64,000 nt of DNA, from positions 495,409 through 559,408 of the forward strand of contig JAHDYR010000003.1 of the NCBI GenBank assembly GCA_019828565.1. The letters are read 5' to 3'. The translations under genes and the position numbers were made by a program. The notes beneath the pieces were generated by a model. That model searched no databases. It had not been told where the DNA came from and worked only from the letters and a program-made list of their open reading frames with translations. Position 1 is the stretch's first letter. Each line of letters begins with the position of its first letter. This DNA comes from Carpediemonas membranifera BICM (taxonomy: Eukaryota > Protista > Fornicata). Of the stretch, positions 20,641 through 32,515 are shown one piece after another.

Positions 20641-22029
20641 TTACTTCTGGTGCTTTTCCTGCTCTCTCTTCTCCATCAGGTCGTCATACTCGGCCCTCGT
20701 CAGCCTCACAGTTGTCATCCCGGCATCACGGATGTGCTCAAAGGCCTCAACGGGCAGCTTCGGCATCCCGTCGTCGCTGTCGCTGCTGCTGCCCAAGTCT
20801 GACTCGCTCTCGTGATAGCGGCGAAGGCGAATGCGTCTGCTGGGCTCCCTGGTCTTCATAGAGTCATAGAGCGGAGCGAGCCCACTTCCATTGGTCCCGC
20901 TACGGACACCCTCATCGGTATCTCTCTCAGACATATCACACTCAACCTGTTGTGACTGAACAAATGACAGGTTGTCGACGAGGCTATCCTCGGCATCGCT
21001 GTCTGAACTCTCCTCATCCTCCCACTCTCCTTCCAGCATCTCCAACCCGGCCTCATCGTCAGACTCGCCCTCCACCGCGGTCTCCGGCATCTCTGCCTCG
21101 CCAGCTGTCTCGTCAAACAGCGCCTCATCGTCAGACTCCCCCTCCCCCGTGTCGCCCCCCTCGGGCTTACGCTGGTCGTGGAGTTGGACCATCCTCATCC
21201 TGAGCTTTTTGTAAAGCCAGTCATCGAGCGTCGGCGGCACCAGGTCGGCAGAGCTTCGGATCTCCGGGTTGAGATCGAGGATCGTTGGGCGTCGCGTGGT
21301 CGTTAAGTGACTGGACGCCAACTGGCGCCTGAACTGCTCATCGGTCAGGCTGATGCGCTTGTCCTTAATGACCTTACGAACCTTGGTCGGATCCCTGGGC
21401 CTGCCAGTCCGTCTCTGTGTCTCAATCACCCGCTTCTTGAGCTGATTGAGATCGACATGCACAGTGGGCGCATAGCGAAGCTGGTTAACACTCAGCCCGA
21501 CCGACTTGAGAGCCTGCGAGAAGGTGCTAGGCATCACAGCGGACATCGCGGATGGTGCCCCGGTGAATAGCAACCAGTCAGCGAGTTCCGGGGGAATCTG
21601 GAGCTCGCTCACATCAATATCGCGGGCTGATGTGGCAGTCATGCCTGTGTGGCTGATGATAAGAGCCAGCGCATTGTAGGGGAAGACTAGTCGGACAATA
21701 GCTTCCGATGCGACAGGCTCAAACTGCCCAAGCGGCTTGACATTGTCTCTGCCGGAGTTTCGGAATGAGTTGACGGCACTGAGAGTGACAGCAGCGGTTG
21801 CCTTGCTCAATGATGCAGCAAAACCGGGCACAAGCGATCTAACCTCCTCGGACCGGATCACGGAGAGCGCTTCGTCCTCGGTACTCCCTCGCTCACGTTG
21901 TACGAATTGAACGAACCGCGAAAGGTTGTTTGCGGCCGCTTTCCGGGAAGATTTCTTGCTGATGGTGCACAACCAAGCATTCTTCACGTCTTGAATGCTT
22001 GTTTCCATCTCCCGCGGGCTTCCTTCCAT
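20641..22029 (-). CDS. Catalytically dead tyrosine-recombinase-fold protein 2 (462 aa) with GRP motif and acidic tail
   Basis: NLSRFVQF...SKATAAVTLSAVNSFRN core-binding pattern; ALALIISHTGMT; VNQLRYA; LASSHLTTTRRP. Confidence 0.65.
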   Translation of the reverse strand: MEGSPREMETSIQDVKNAWLCTISKKSSRKAAANNLSRFVQFVQRERGSTEDEALSVIRSEEVRSLVPGFAASLSKATAAVTLSAVNSFRNSGRDNVKPLGQFEPVASEAIVRLVFPYNALALIISHTGMTATSARDIDVSELQIPPELADWLLFTGAPSAMSAVMPSTFSQALKSVGLSVNQLRYAPTVHVDLNQLKKRVIETQRRTGRPRDPTKVRKVIKDKRISLTDEQFRRQLASSHLTTTRRPTILDLNPEIRSSADLVPPTLDDWLYKKLRMRMVQLHDQRKPEGGDTGEGESDDEALFDETAGEAEMPETAVEGESDDEAGLEMLEGEWEDEESSDSDAEDSLVDNLSFVQSQQVECDMSERDTDEGVRSGTNGSGLAPLYDSMKTREPSRRIRLRRYHESESDLGSSSDSDDGMPKLPVEAFEHIRDAGMTTVRLTRAEYDDLMEKREQEKHQK

Positions 22030-22030
22030 C

Positions 22031-22360
22031 GATATACGGATTTCAGACTTTCGTCATGCACAAAAATTCGAATCTCTCCAAATGCCCAAAACAGTGGTCA
22101 AACCGTGTTCAGGGGTACAATAGAGTGCCATAGGCACGTTCTTGCATTTCAAAATATTCTAGAGGTCGTTCATAAATTCTCAGATGGCCAACAGTACGAA
22201 AGTCTGAAATCCATTTATCATGAGACCCGACAAATTTGAAATCCATTTATCGGGTGGATACATCACTGTAGAGGGTATTCATGGATATAGGTGCCTTTTC
22301 GGTGCCGAGGGGAGTCAACATTTGAGGTCGTGCAGGCAGAAAGTCTGAAATCCGTATATC
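22031..22360. promoter_or_regulatory. Triplet of cognate sites upstream of pseudo-recombinase 2
   Basis: 22031-22052 is the perfect reverse complement of 22339-22360 (GAAAGTCTGAAATCCGTATATC); further copy at ~22198-22219. Confidence 0.75.
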
Positions 22361-22486
22361 TCATCACTGCTTATAGATCCTGGCAGACAACGCCTTCTTG
22401 GCAACGCCTGAGGTGTAAGGATTCGCTTGCCTCTGTGTTGTCGCATCAGCTTCGCTGAAAACGGGTGAACTGACCCGCGCATTCGC

Positions 22487-22980
22487 GCACTTTATGCTCG
22501 CAACGAGACCGAAATGACGAACTGAAGAATAGGAAGAATACTGGCGGCTTTAACGATACAGGCATGCACATATCACTAAGAAACATCAGTAAGCGAGCGC
22601 AGAGCATCATTAAAGCAACAATTATCCCTAAACAACATCAACAACTATAAGTCCATCAGGACCATATGATATGAACTATAAATGGAGCACTGATCAGTAT
22701 AGATGATTTGAGAGTACCAGGCATGGCCAGAATACCGCAATACTCGCCCGTTGATCCACGTGACCTCCATCTTGGTCGGTATCCAGAGAACGCCCGTCAG
22801 ACGCTTGCAACGGAACATTTAGGGGGTGCATCCTAAATGGGTCCAGATTTGAGGCACCCTTGGTCTGACATGCCATGACCGAGCACTCTAGGGGCCTCCA
22901 CAGTGCGTCCCGAGGTACGTTAGAGCACCACAGACCTTCCCCCAAAAGCTGACTCCTGGACCCCTTGGCCGGAGCTCGCC
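22487..22980 (+). repeat. Module N, copy 2
   Basis: Similar to 9092-9588. Confidence 0.85.
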
Positions 22981-23265
22981 CGAAGCGTGCCTCGGCTTGA
23001 ACTAACGGCAAGAGAGCATAAAATCAGCCCTTTCGAACCGTGTTTTATGCTCTGCTGCCGTTATAGAATTATTCAAAGGGCCCTCTCTTTGCGCTTTTTT
23101 TCTGGTTCGTGGGACGAAGTAGGGACGGACAAAAAAAGCACATACGGAAGGTATTGGAGGTACTGAGGCCGCCTAGGTACATAGTTGCCATGTGGATGGT
23201 TTCAGTTTATTACTTTTGGCACTCTATGTCCATTTTTTTATGCTCTCTTGCTGATAGTGCCGAAC

Positions 23266-24980
23266 ATGGACTTGCTAAAGTGGATTGAGAGCGCTAGCAA
23301 GGAACAGTACGATGCGATATTGGCTGCATACACCAAGGCAACCACCAATCATGCCAAATGTGCTGTCCTTCGCGCGGTTTTGCTGGATGAACGGAAACTG
23401 CTCGATCTAGTCATCAGGAAGCGTTTGTAGTCATAGCAATGCTTATATAGGAATCAACCTGAACCATATCACCACGAAATTCCGCCTCACGAAGGACGAG
23501 AAGGAGGAGCTCCATGATAAGTTGAAGAAGCAGTTTATGGCACTCGCCGGACCAAGAAGTTCCAAGAAGCTCGGCGCGCTGGCGAAGTGGGTTGACGACA
23601 ACCAGGCTGATATCGTGTATAGCCAGGGAGAAGCGCAAGGCGCGTAAGGCCATTATTGAGGCCATTGACGCCGAGGAGAAGGACAAGGGCAAGGGCAAGG
23701 CCGAGAGCGCTAAGAAAGAACCCGTCGACGATGAGAGTGGCGTGGACAGTGGTGAAGAGAGCGGCGTCGACGATTCTGAGTTGTGCGACAGTGAGAGTGA
23801 GGTGGACTTTGACAACGAGTCCGACGATGAGATTAGAGAACGCGCGATCAAGCGCCGGCGCGAGAGAAAGATCGCCCAGAAGCTCAAGGAGTGGGAGGAC
23901 AATAACGCTCGCAACTACGTCCTGTGGCATAGAGTCCAGAAGGAGGTGCACGGCGAGCTTCGCATTCGCGCCTCTCGAGAGTCAGCTTCGGTTGCTGGGG
24001 ACAACCACGTCGACGTCCAGTTCGACAGATACCTTCGCGTATCCAAGCTGCTCGAAATGAAGGACTGGATTCACAAAGACCTCCCATCTCTTCCGATGGA
24101 GGCACGAGTGCTCCATCACAAGGCGCAGAAGAGAGTACTCGAGCTGGAGGAGACCGTCACGAGGCTGCTGCAAGACGTGGGGTACGCAGCTGACATCTCC
24201 ATGGGTGCCAGCCCGACACCCGCGCCGTTTCGCCGCGACCTACCCCAGTCGGGCACACACCAAGCACGAACGAGTACCCCCCGCCGTACGGGGAAGAGCG
24301 ACACAATCCACATGAAGCGCAAGGCCCTCATGACAATCCCTCAGAAGATCGCTGATGTCGATAGCAACTCAGAGGAGTCAGACGAGGAGGAGGTGGTGAC
24401 AGAGGAGAGGAAGGGTGAGTCACATGAGGAGGACGTGACCAAATGCGACGCCTGCATCCAGACTGAGCCGGAGACTCAGACTCGCATCACCTCTGAGGCC
24501 GCGGTGCAGACGTGCATCAACGCGGAGGCTCTCACGGCTGGCTGTACCGCGATTCATGTCAAGAGTGACGGCAACTGCGTTGCATATTGTCTCCAAGCCA
24601 TTGAGTTGGGTGGCAGAGTTGATGGCGACTTCGAAAAGTGGCAGCGTGGCCTCTGCCAGTCAGTGAAGGCCAAGTACTGGTCTAAGAAGAATGTCACGGA
24701 GCGTAGCCTGACAGATCCGGACTCCGGCTACTATAACTCGAACGCCATCCGAGTCTGGGCGAGGAAGCAGAAGCGGAACATCCTTGTTGTCCAGTCATAC
24801 GACGGATACAACGGCATGCAAGGCATCTCCGCCATCTTATACCTGTTTGATGGCACCACCATGCTTGCACCCGATGCAGGAATGTGGGGGTTGACAGATA
24901 ATTTCGCTATTGTCATCGAAGGCGATCCGGCTCACGCCACGCTGTACCAGAAGAAGTGCGACGTCGTTGAGATTGAATAA
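23266..24980 (+). CDS. OTU-like protease paralog 3 (frameshifted at ~23420-23600)
   Basis: N-terminus MDLLKWIE..KCAVLRAVLL aligns with the 9863 protein; OTU domain nearly identical. Confidence 0.65.
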
Positions 24981-26122
24981 AGATTTGGATATGCCCGTGT
25001 AGCCAGCGGTTCATGACCTGCAGCAGACATTTGGACGTACAGCGGGATACCACATCAATTAGGTCACTTGCGGGCTAAGATTGTCGTTGTCGATCGTCAT
25101 TCACCGGAGGAGCAGGCCAGAGTCACTTGCCATCTGGCGCATCATGAGGAGATATTGGAATGTGATGATGTGTTTATTGACTAAATGAGCTGGAATTAGG
25201 CGGGTTTGATGTTGCTTACATGCTCTGTGGCATGCCTGATGTCCAAAGATGTATTTTGGCACAGTGATGTTGTTTAGTGTGCTCATTGCTGACCGCATAG
25301 TTATCTGACTTCAATGTGTCGTGTTGATGCCAAGAAATCGATGGTAGCTCGCACGTTTGAGGTAGTTGCTTGTTGCATCGATGCAACGCACTTTAAGGAT
25401 TAACCACCTGCACCCCATAGCCGTTTCCTAAGGCCAGATACGGTCCTCTGTAGCGTATATACACGCGTGAATTGGGACTAGATGGGACTAGATGCAGTGT
25501 TGTGGCATGATCTGCAAGATCGACCAGCCCCTGGATCACTTGGGCCTGTCTCCGTGCCCGGCCTGTTGCGATCAATGATGGTGATTACTTGCAACGAACG
25601 CGATCACCGGAAATTACCTTACCTTACCTTACCTGCAGGTACCATGGGTGTTCGTTTTCGTCTCCAAACGCCATGGTGTAAGAGCATAAAGTGCATTTTC
25701 TGTTTACTGTGCCGTTGGGGATTGATGGCGCTGGCGTAGGGGTGCTGTGTGGGCGCCAGGGATGAGGCGCCAGGGATGAGGGCGCCAGGATGAGGCGCCA
25801 GGGATGAGGCGCCAGGATGAGGGCGCCAGGGATGAGGAGTACAGTATTTGAACCCCGAAAACGCCATATTACCAGCACCAATGAGCTTCATCAACGAAGA
25901 TGCGCTCACTGGTGCCGGTTATGGCGTTTTCGGGGTTCGTCGATCATTCTGCTCCCAAATCTGCACCTGTATTTTCGTGAGCATGCCCGGGAGCTGGGCC
26001 AGACGAGTGGTGCCACAGGGACTAAGCTCCGCTGCTCAGCCTCTGCCAGGCGACACTCGTCTGAATTCTGCACGAAAAAATTCAGACGACGAATGATGGG
26101 CAAAGGGCCGCGAAAACGCTGA

Positions 26123-27027
26123 TATCAGTCTCACAGCCTCCCTTCATGCATATAGTCTGCTTCTCAGCGTTTGAACAGAGCTCACAGACGGTGAACGTCT
26201 TGTCATTGTTGTTCTTGTCCTTGCGAGTGACCGTCGAAAAGCTATCATCCTCTGTGTCGGAACTAGCCCCGCGACACCTCACAGATTCTGTGGACGAACC
26301 TGTGGCAGAAGTCGCACTCTAAGACAGTTTCGTCTGTTCTACCGTCAACGAAGAAGAGGCCACGTAAGTCTGCGCAGTAAGGGCAACACTTGCGGAGGCT
26401 GTTCTTCCACATCTTGGCAGTGCTGCCCATGAAGTATTCCGCGTCGGAAGCGCCTGGGTTCGTGCTCCTAAACTGCTCAGTCATGTGGTTCATGGCCTCA
26501 ATCATCTCAGCGACGTTGGCACCGTTGACTGACGAAGCTTGCATTGCACGCGTGGAGTCAACGGACATAGTGGGCTGCTCAGCGGTCTGAACAGTGGGGT
26601 GGGGGGTGGGGACGGCAGGATTGCGGCGCGGCTGGCACACCCGGAAGGCTCTTTGGGAGCTGTCGAGCTTGGAATTTCGCAAATGATCAATTTCAGCGTC
26701 AGTGAGGGTTACAAGCTGGCTGAGTCCGGCTATCAATGCGGCACGCCCTGTATCTGTCGCGTGAATTCCTTGGTAGATGCCCTTCGTGTTAGGAGAGAGT
26801 TTGCGGCCAGCAAGGTTCTCGATAGCCTTGGGTACTGACCTCATGAAGTCCTACTTGCGCGGCATGCGCTCTAGAATAGTTTTTGGGAGGATTGCAAGGA
26901 TGGCATCCGCGATGGAGCGACAATCGCATTTCGTGCTTCTCTCTTCCCAACGATAGCATGTTGCGATGATTGTGTGCACAATATCACGCACAGTATCTCT
27001 TGAAAGCCGCTCCTGGTCTTCTACCAT
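26123..27027 (-). pseudogene. PHD-finger gene, copy 1 (in-frame TAG at 26851-26853, frameshift near 26268, 3' end joined to a repeat block)
   Basis: CPYC...LECDFCHRFVHRIC...CELC matches C4HC3. Upstream ATG 27027 is in frame. Confidence 0.65.
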
Positions 27028-27082
27028 ACTGCCCCCCTTTTGTGGGGGTGTAAAAAAAACTGAGTGCAGTTTTAAGTTGGAA

Positions 27083-27298
27083 ATGGAATCCTACAGGTAT
27101 AGAGACTATTACGAAGAGATAGGAACCGTTATAGCTGCAATTGATGCAATATTAGCGCATCCAGGACTGTGGGCGGTAGCAGAGCGTGCTGGAATGGATA
27201 GATTAGCAAGAGCGAAGGACTTACTCAATATAGAGCAAGAAAGGGCCAAATGCGGGATTCCGCCATCAAGTTCAGAAGAGTACAGTGATTCACAGTAA
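27083..27298 (+). CDS. Small hypothetical protein (71 aa), divergent from the PHD gene; duplicate at ~29769-29984
   Basis: ATG ORF starting ~55 bp from the divergent PHD ATG. Confidence 0.35.
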   Translation: MESYRYRDYYEEIGTVIAAIDAILAHPGLWAVAERAGMDRLARAKDLLNIEQERAKCGIPPSSSEEYSDSQ

Positions 27299-28809
27299 AC
27301 CGTAGCGATCTATTGAGTTATATTCAGTTCTGGCCATGTTCGGCTTTTCCGGAATGTCAAAAATTTGACACGTCCATTTCTCCAAATTGCTGATTGCCAA
27401 CGCTAGACCAGACATGCCAGGCTGTAGTACACGTGCTATACTACAACGTGGTGGTTCTGGTTTGCCGTTGGCAATCAGCAATTTCGAGAACAGACAAACT
27501 TCTTTTGCGATTTTTGCAACTTCTGGAGCATATATCATTTGGTACAGACCCAGCCACGCAATAAAAACGCATAGCGTGGCTTAACATGGTCGGAACTATC
27601 CTAAAAAAGTTTGCGGTAAATATTGAGTAAATATTTAATATAGATCTCGAGATTTAACGTCCCTTAGGTAGCCCTTGGATGCAAACATCCGCCCAGTAAA
27701 TTTTGCTGTACAGCTCTAGCCCAATACAAAAATATGAGGGCTCGAAGTTTTGGCCTTCTCAGAAAAAGGTGGCAGTATACTGCTACTTTTCTTTGCTTGA
27801 GTAGCTGTATTACACCCCCTCCAGACAGCATGGAGGAGATATTGGAATGTGATGATGTGTTTATTGACTAAATGAGCTGGAATTAGGCGGGTTTGATGTT
27901 GCTTACATGCTCTGTGGCATGCCTGATGTCCAAAGATGTATTTTGGCACAGTGATGTTGTTTAGTGTGCTCATTGCTGACCGCATAGTTATCTGACTTCA
28001 ATGTGTCGTGTTGATGCCAAGAAATCGATGGTAGCTCGCACGTTTGAGGTAGTTGCTTGTTGCATCGATGCAACGCACTTTAAGGATTAACCACCTGCAC
28101 CCCATAGCCGTTTCCTAAGGCCAGATACGGTCCTCTGTAGCGTATATACACGCGTGAATTGGGACTAGATGGGACTAGATGCAGTGTTGTGGCATGATCT
28201 GCAAGATCGACCAGCCCCTGGATCACTTGGGCCTGTCTCCGTGCCCGGCCTGTTGCGATCAATGATGGTGATTACTTGCAACGAACGCGATCACCGGAAA
28301 TTACCTTACCTTACCTTACCTGCAGGTACCATGGGTGTTCGTTTTCGTCTCCAAACGCCATGGTGTAAGAGCATAAAGTGCATTTTCTGTTTACTGTGCC
28401 GTTGGGGATTGATGGCGCTGGCGTAGGGGTGCTGTGTGGGCGCCAGGGATGAGGCGCCAGGGATGAGGGCGCCAGGATGAGGCGCCAGGGATGAGGCGCC
28501 AGGATGAGGGCGCCAGGGATGAGGAGTACAGTATTTGAACCCCGAAAACGCCATATTACCAGCACCAATGAGCTTCATCAACGAAGATGCGCTCACTGGT
28601 GCCGGTTATGGCGTTTTCGGGGTTCGTCGATCATTCTGCTCCCAAATCTGCACCTGTATTTTCGTGAGCATGCCCGGGAGCTGGGCCAGACGAGTGGTGC
28701 CACAGGGACTAAGCTCCGCTGCTCAGCCTCTGCCAGGCGACACTCGTCTGAATTCTGCACGAAAAAATTCAGACGACGAATGATGGGCAAGGGCCGCGAA
28801 AACGCTGAT

Positions 28810-29714
28810 ATCAGTCTCACAGCCTCCCCTTCATGCATATAGTCTGCTTCTCAGCGTTTGAACAGAGCTCACAGACGGTGAACGTCTTGTCATTGTTGTT
28901 CTTGTCCTTGCGAGTGACCGTCGAAAAGCTATCATCCTCTGTGTCGGAACTAGCCCCGCGACACCTCACAGATTCTGTGGACGAACCTGTGGCAGAAGTC
29001 GCACTCTAAGACAGTTTCGTCTGTTCTACCGTCAACGAAGAAGAGGCCACGTAAGTCTGCGCAGTAAGGGCAACACTTGCGGAGGCTGTTCTTCCACATC
29101 TTGGCAGTGCTGCCCATGAAGTATTCCGCGTCGGAAGCGCCTGGGTTCGTGTTCCTAAACTGCTCAGTCATGTGGTTCATGGCCTCAATCATCTCAGCGA
29201 CGTTGGCACCGTTGACTGACGAAGCTTGCATTGCACGCGTGGAGTCAACGGACATAGTGGGCTGCTCAGCGGTCTGAACAGTGGGGTGGGGGGTGGGGAC
29301 GGCAGGATTGCGGCGCGGCTGGCACACCCGGAAGGCTCTTTGGGAGCTGTCGAGCTTGGAATTTCGCAAATGATCAATTTCAGCGTCAGTGAGGGTTACA
29401 AGCTGGCTGAGTCCGGCTATCAATGCGGCACGCCCTGTATCTGTCGCGTGAATTCCTTGGTAGATGCCCTTCGTGTTAGGAGAGAGTTTGCGGCCAGCAA
29501 GGTTCTCGATAGCCTTGGGTACTGACCTCATGAAGTCCTACTTGCGCGGCATGCGCTCTAGAATAGTTTTTGGGAGGATTGCAAGGATGGCATCCGCGAT
29601 GGAGCGACAATCGCATTTCGTGCTTCTCTCTTCCCAACGATAGCATGTTGCGATGATTGTGTGCACAATATCACGCACAGTATCTCTTGAAAGCCGCTCC
29701 TGGTCTTCTACCAT
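28810..29714 (-). pseudogene. PHD-finger gene, copy 2 (same lesions)
   Basis: Tandem duplicate of 26123-27027. Confidence 0.65.
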
Positions 29715-30419
29715 ACTGCCCCCCTTTTGTGGGGGTGTAAAAAAACTGAGTGCAGTTTTAAGTTGGAAATGGAATCCTACAGGTATAGAGACTATTACGA
29801 AGAGATAGGAACCGTTATAGCTGCAATTGATGCAATATTAGCGCATCCAGGACTGTGGGCGGTAGCAGAGCGTGCTGGAATGGATAGATTAGCAAGAGCG
29901 AAGGACTTACTCAATATAGAGCAAGAAAGGGCCAAATGCGGGATTCCGCCATCAAGTTCAGAAGAGTACAGTGATTCACAGTAAACCGTAGCGATCTATT
30001 GAGTTATATTCAGTTCTGGCCATGTTCGGCTTTTCCGGAATGTCAAAAATTTGACACGTCCATTTCTCCAAATTGCTGATTGCCAACGCTAGACCAGACA
30101 TGCCAGGCTGTAGTACACGTGCTATACTACAACGTGGTGGTTCTGGTTTGCCGTTGGCAATCAGCAATTTCGAGAACAGACAAACTTCTTTTGCGATTTT
30201 TGCAACTTCTGGAGCATATATCATTTGGTACAGACCCAGCCACGCAATAAAAACGCATAGCGTGGCTTAACATGGTCGGAACTATCCTAAAAAAGTTGGC
30301 GGTAAATATTGAGTAAATATTTAATATAGATCTCGAGATTTAACGTCCCTTAGGTAGCCCTTGGATGCAAACATCCGCCCAGTAAATTTTGCTGTACAGC
30401 TCTAGCCCAATACAAAAAT

Positions 30420-32515
30420 ATGAGGGCTCGAAGTTTTGGCCTTCTCAGAAAAAGGTGGCAGTATACTGCTACTTTTCTTTGCTTGAGTAGCTGTATTACA
30501 CCCCCTCCAGACAGCATGGACATGGGAGTTCGCCTTGGAATTCACACTCCACCGGTGGTAGACAGTCTCCAGAATCTTGGGTATGACCTGCTGTCCATCC
30601 CAGCCATACGATCTGTTATATCAGACCCAACACTGATCGAGGACGTCAACGCGTTCACTCCTGAGCAGCCCGATGTCTCTGGGCGTGATGGGGTGTCTAA
30701 CCAAGAGCTTCAATGTCAAGCAGGAGCCGGTTTCACGCGTAGCGTGGAAGTCGCGGAGGCTTTTTACGTCCTATATGACCCAACCACCCACACCGACCTG
30801 CAAGAGACTCTCGATGAACACGACTGCCTCTTCGCTCACCACTTCGAGAAGATATCGGGGGAGTCACGGCTATACATTTCGCATGATGATCCATCCAAGC
30901 TGCCGGAGATTCAGAGATTATGCCGGAACATGGGCATCATTCCGCGTGGAACAAAGAAATCTCACCGGATGGTGATCAGCGCTCTGTCCTATGACCCTGT
31001 CGCCCAGATTAAGTTCATGCTGAAGTTCCCCGACCGAGTTCAGCGCGATATCAAGTCAAGCAAGTTCGTTCAATCCGTCACTATTAACCCGGAGAGCCGA
31101 CAGGAGGCTTATGGTCTTGAGATGCTCCTATGGTTTGATGGATATCGGGCCGACTGTACGGCGGTCAAATATCGCATAATTGATCGCGAGGGAGCAGCCC
31201 TACCACAGAAGATTACCCCACCCATGACGCTTCTTACATTTCAGGGCACAGAGAAGCTCATTCCTTCGTTCTTTGATGATGTACAGCGGCTAATGAACAA
31301 GCTCATTGGTATCCCCTTCGCATGTGGTGACAGTTCGTTGCTCCCACGCAGCCGTGTTGTCATCAGCCTGCTCGGGATCTGCGGCGATCACAAAGCGTTG
31401 CAGATTGTTAGTGGCGTCAAGCGGGGACGATACTACCGCTCTCCATTCTCCTCCCTACACATGGGAAAGGTCGCAAGTGACCCGTTTGCCAATCGTTGCG
31501 ATCGCTGGACAATCGCAGATAGCATCTTATGAAGGACTTCTGGACGCTGCTTGGCCTTGTCAAGGTTCAACACGCTGGTCAGAACGTGCAAACACTTGAG
31601 CAGATTGAAAAGCTGTTCACGCGGACAACTGGCTGCAACGAGCAGAGCTGGAACAGACGAAAGCTCGCGACACTAGTCAACGAGCACCTTGAGGAGTTTG
31701 ACCAGTCACTCCAGCCCTTCATACTCCTTACAGCCAAGTTACAGGCGTTGTATTACTCCTCTGACCACGTGACACACCAGACAATCGCTTTCCATCACGC
31801 GGCGTCCTTTTCTACGTTCATCATGTTCCATGTCTTGACTTTGTTCTATGACCTTCCATCGAGTCGCTCCTCGGTTGCTACGACGCTCAATGATGGTCTC
31901 AGACTGACTTACTCTCCCAAGTTTACCGGCTCGCTATATCTGAATGCAGTGGTGTCAGTTCTGCCCAAGGTTCACTCGAAACTGCGGCTTCCGATGTTCT
32001 ATTTGCTTGAGGAGTACTTCGAACGTGATTTCCTCATCAATGCCCAGTTGCGAGTGGACAAGCATCGATCTTGGGTTCTCGGCTTCCTGGCTCAGAAGAC
32101 AATGGTCGGTCGTGTCCTTGCTCACTACACCCGCCGTGGCTCATCGAGAAAGCATGGTATGGTGTTGCCGATTGCAAGGCAGTGTAAGTCTGTCACATTC
32201 TGCTCGTGTCTATTTGATGCCGACCGGTGTGCCGCCTGGAGAAATCGTCTATTAACTAAGGTACCCAACTGGGATAGGGAGGCGAGCCAACAGTCGCTGA
32301 ATGCGCTGTTTAGTGGATGGGTCAAGGGTATCTGTGAGGAGCCGGAGGAGATCCGGGAACTCATCACTGTTGACGAGACAGCCAAGACGATTTGTGTAAG
32401 GACGGCGGACAGTGGTCTGGATGAGACTCTCTGCATCTGCAATCTGTGCAACAGTGAGCAGCGAGCGGAGGAGCTGATGAGGAGGACTGGGCACAATCTT
32501 CGCCCGAGAAGATAG
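30420..32515 (+). CDS. Putative DDE transposase, RAG1/Transib/Chapaev-like (one frameshift at ~31529)
   Basis: MLLWFDG (D1), LLTFQGTE, GICGDHKALQIVSG..YY (D2; cf. RAG1 GTGYDEKLVREVEGL), YLNAVVSVLP...LLEEYFE (E). Adding one A joins the two ORFs as ...SILMKDFW. Confidence 0.5.

Larger units (their letters stand above)
25146..30520. repeat. Head-to-tail tandem duplication, unit ~2687 bp (25146-27834; 27833-30520)
   Basis: Constant ~2687 offset of matching ORFs and sequence. Confidence 0.95.

Noticed and set aside
7252-26853. TAG recoding (in-frame TAGs in the kinase leader, OTU2 and PHD genes)
   Set aside because: Host genes here end in TAG (cathepsin, GAR) and the affected genes carry other lesions; nonsense mutations suffice.
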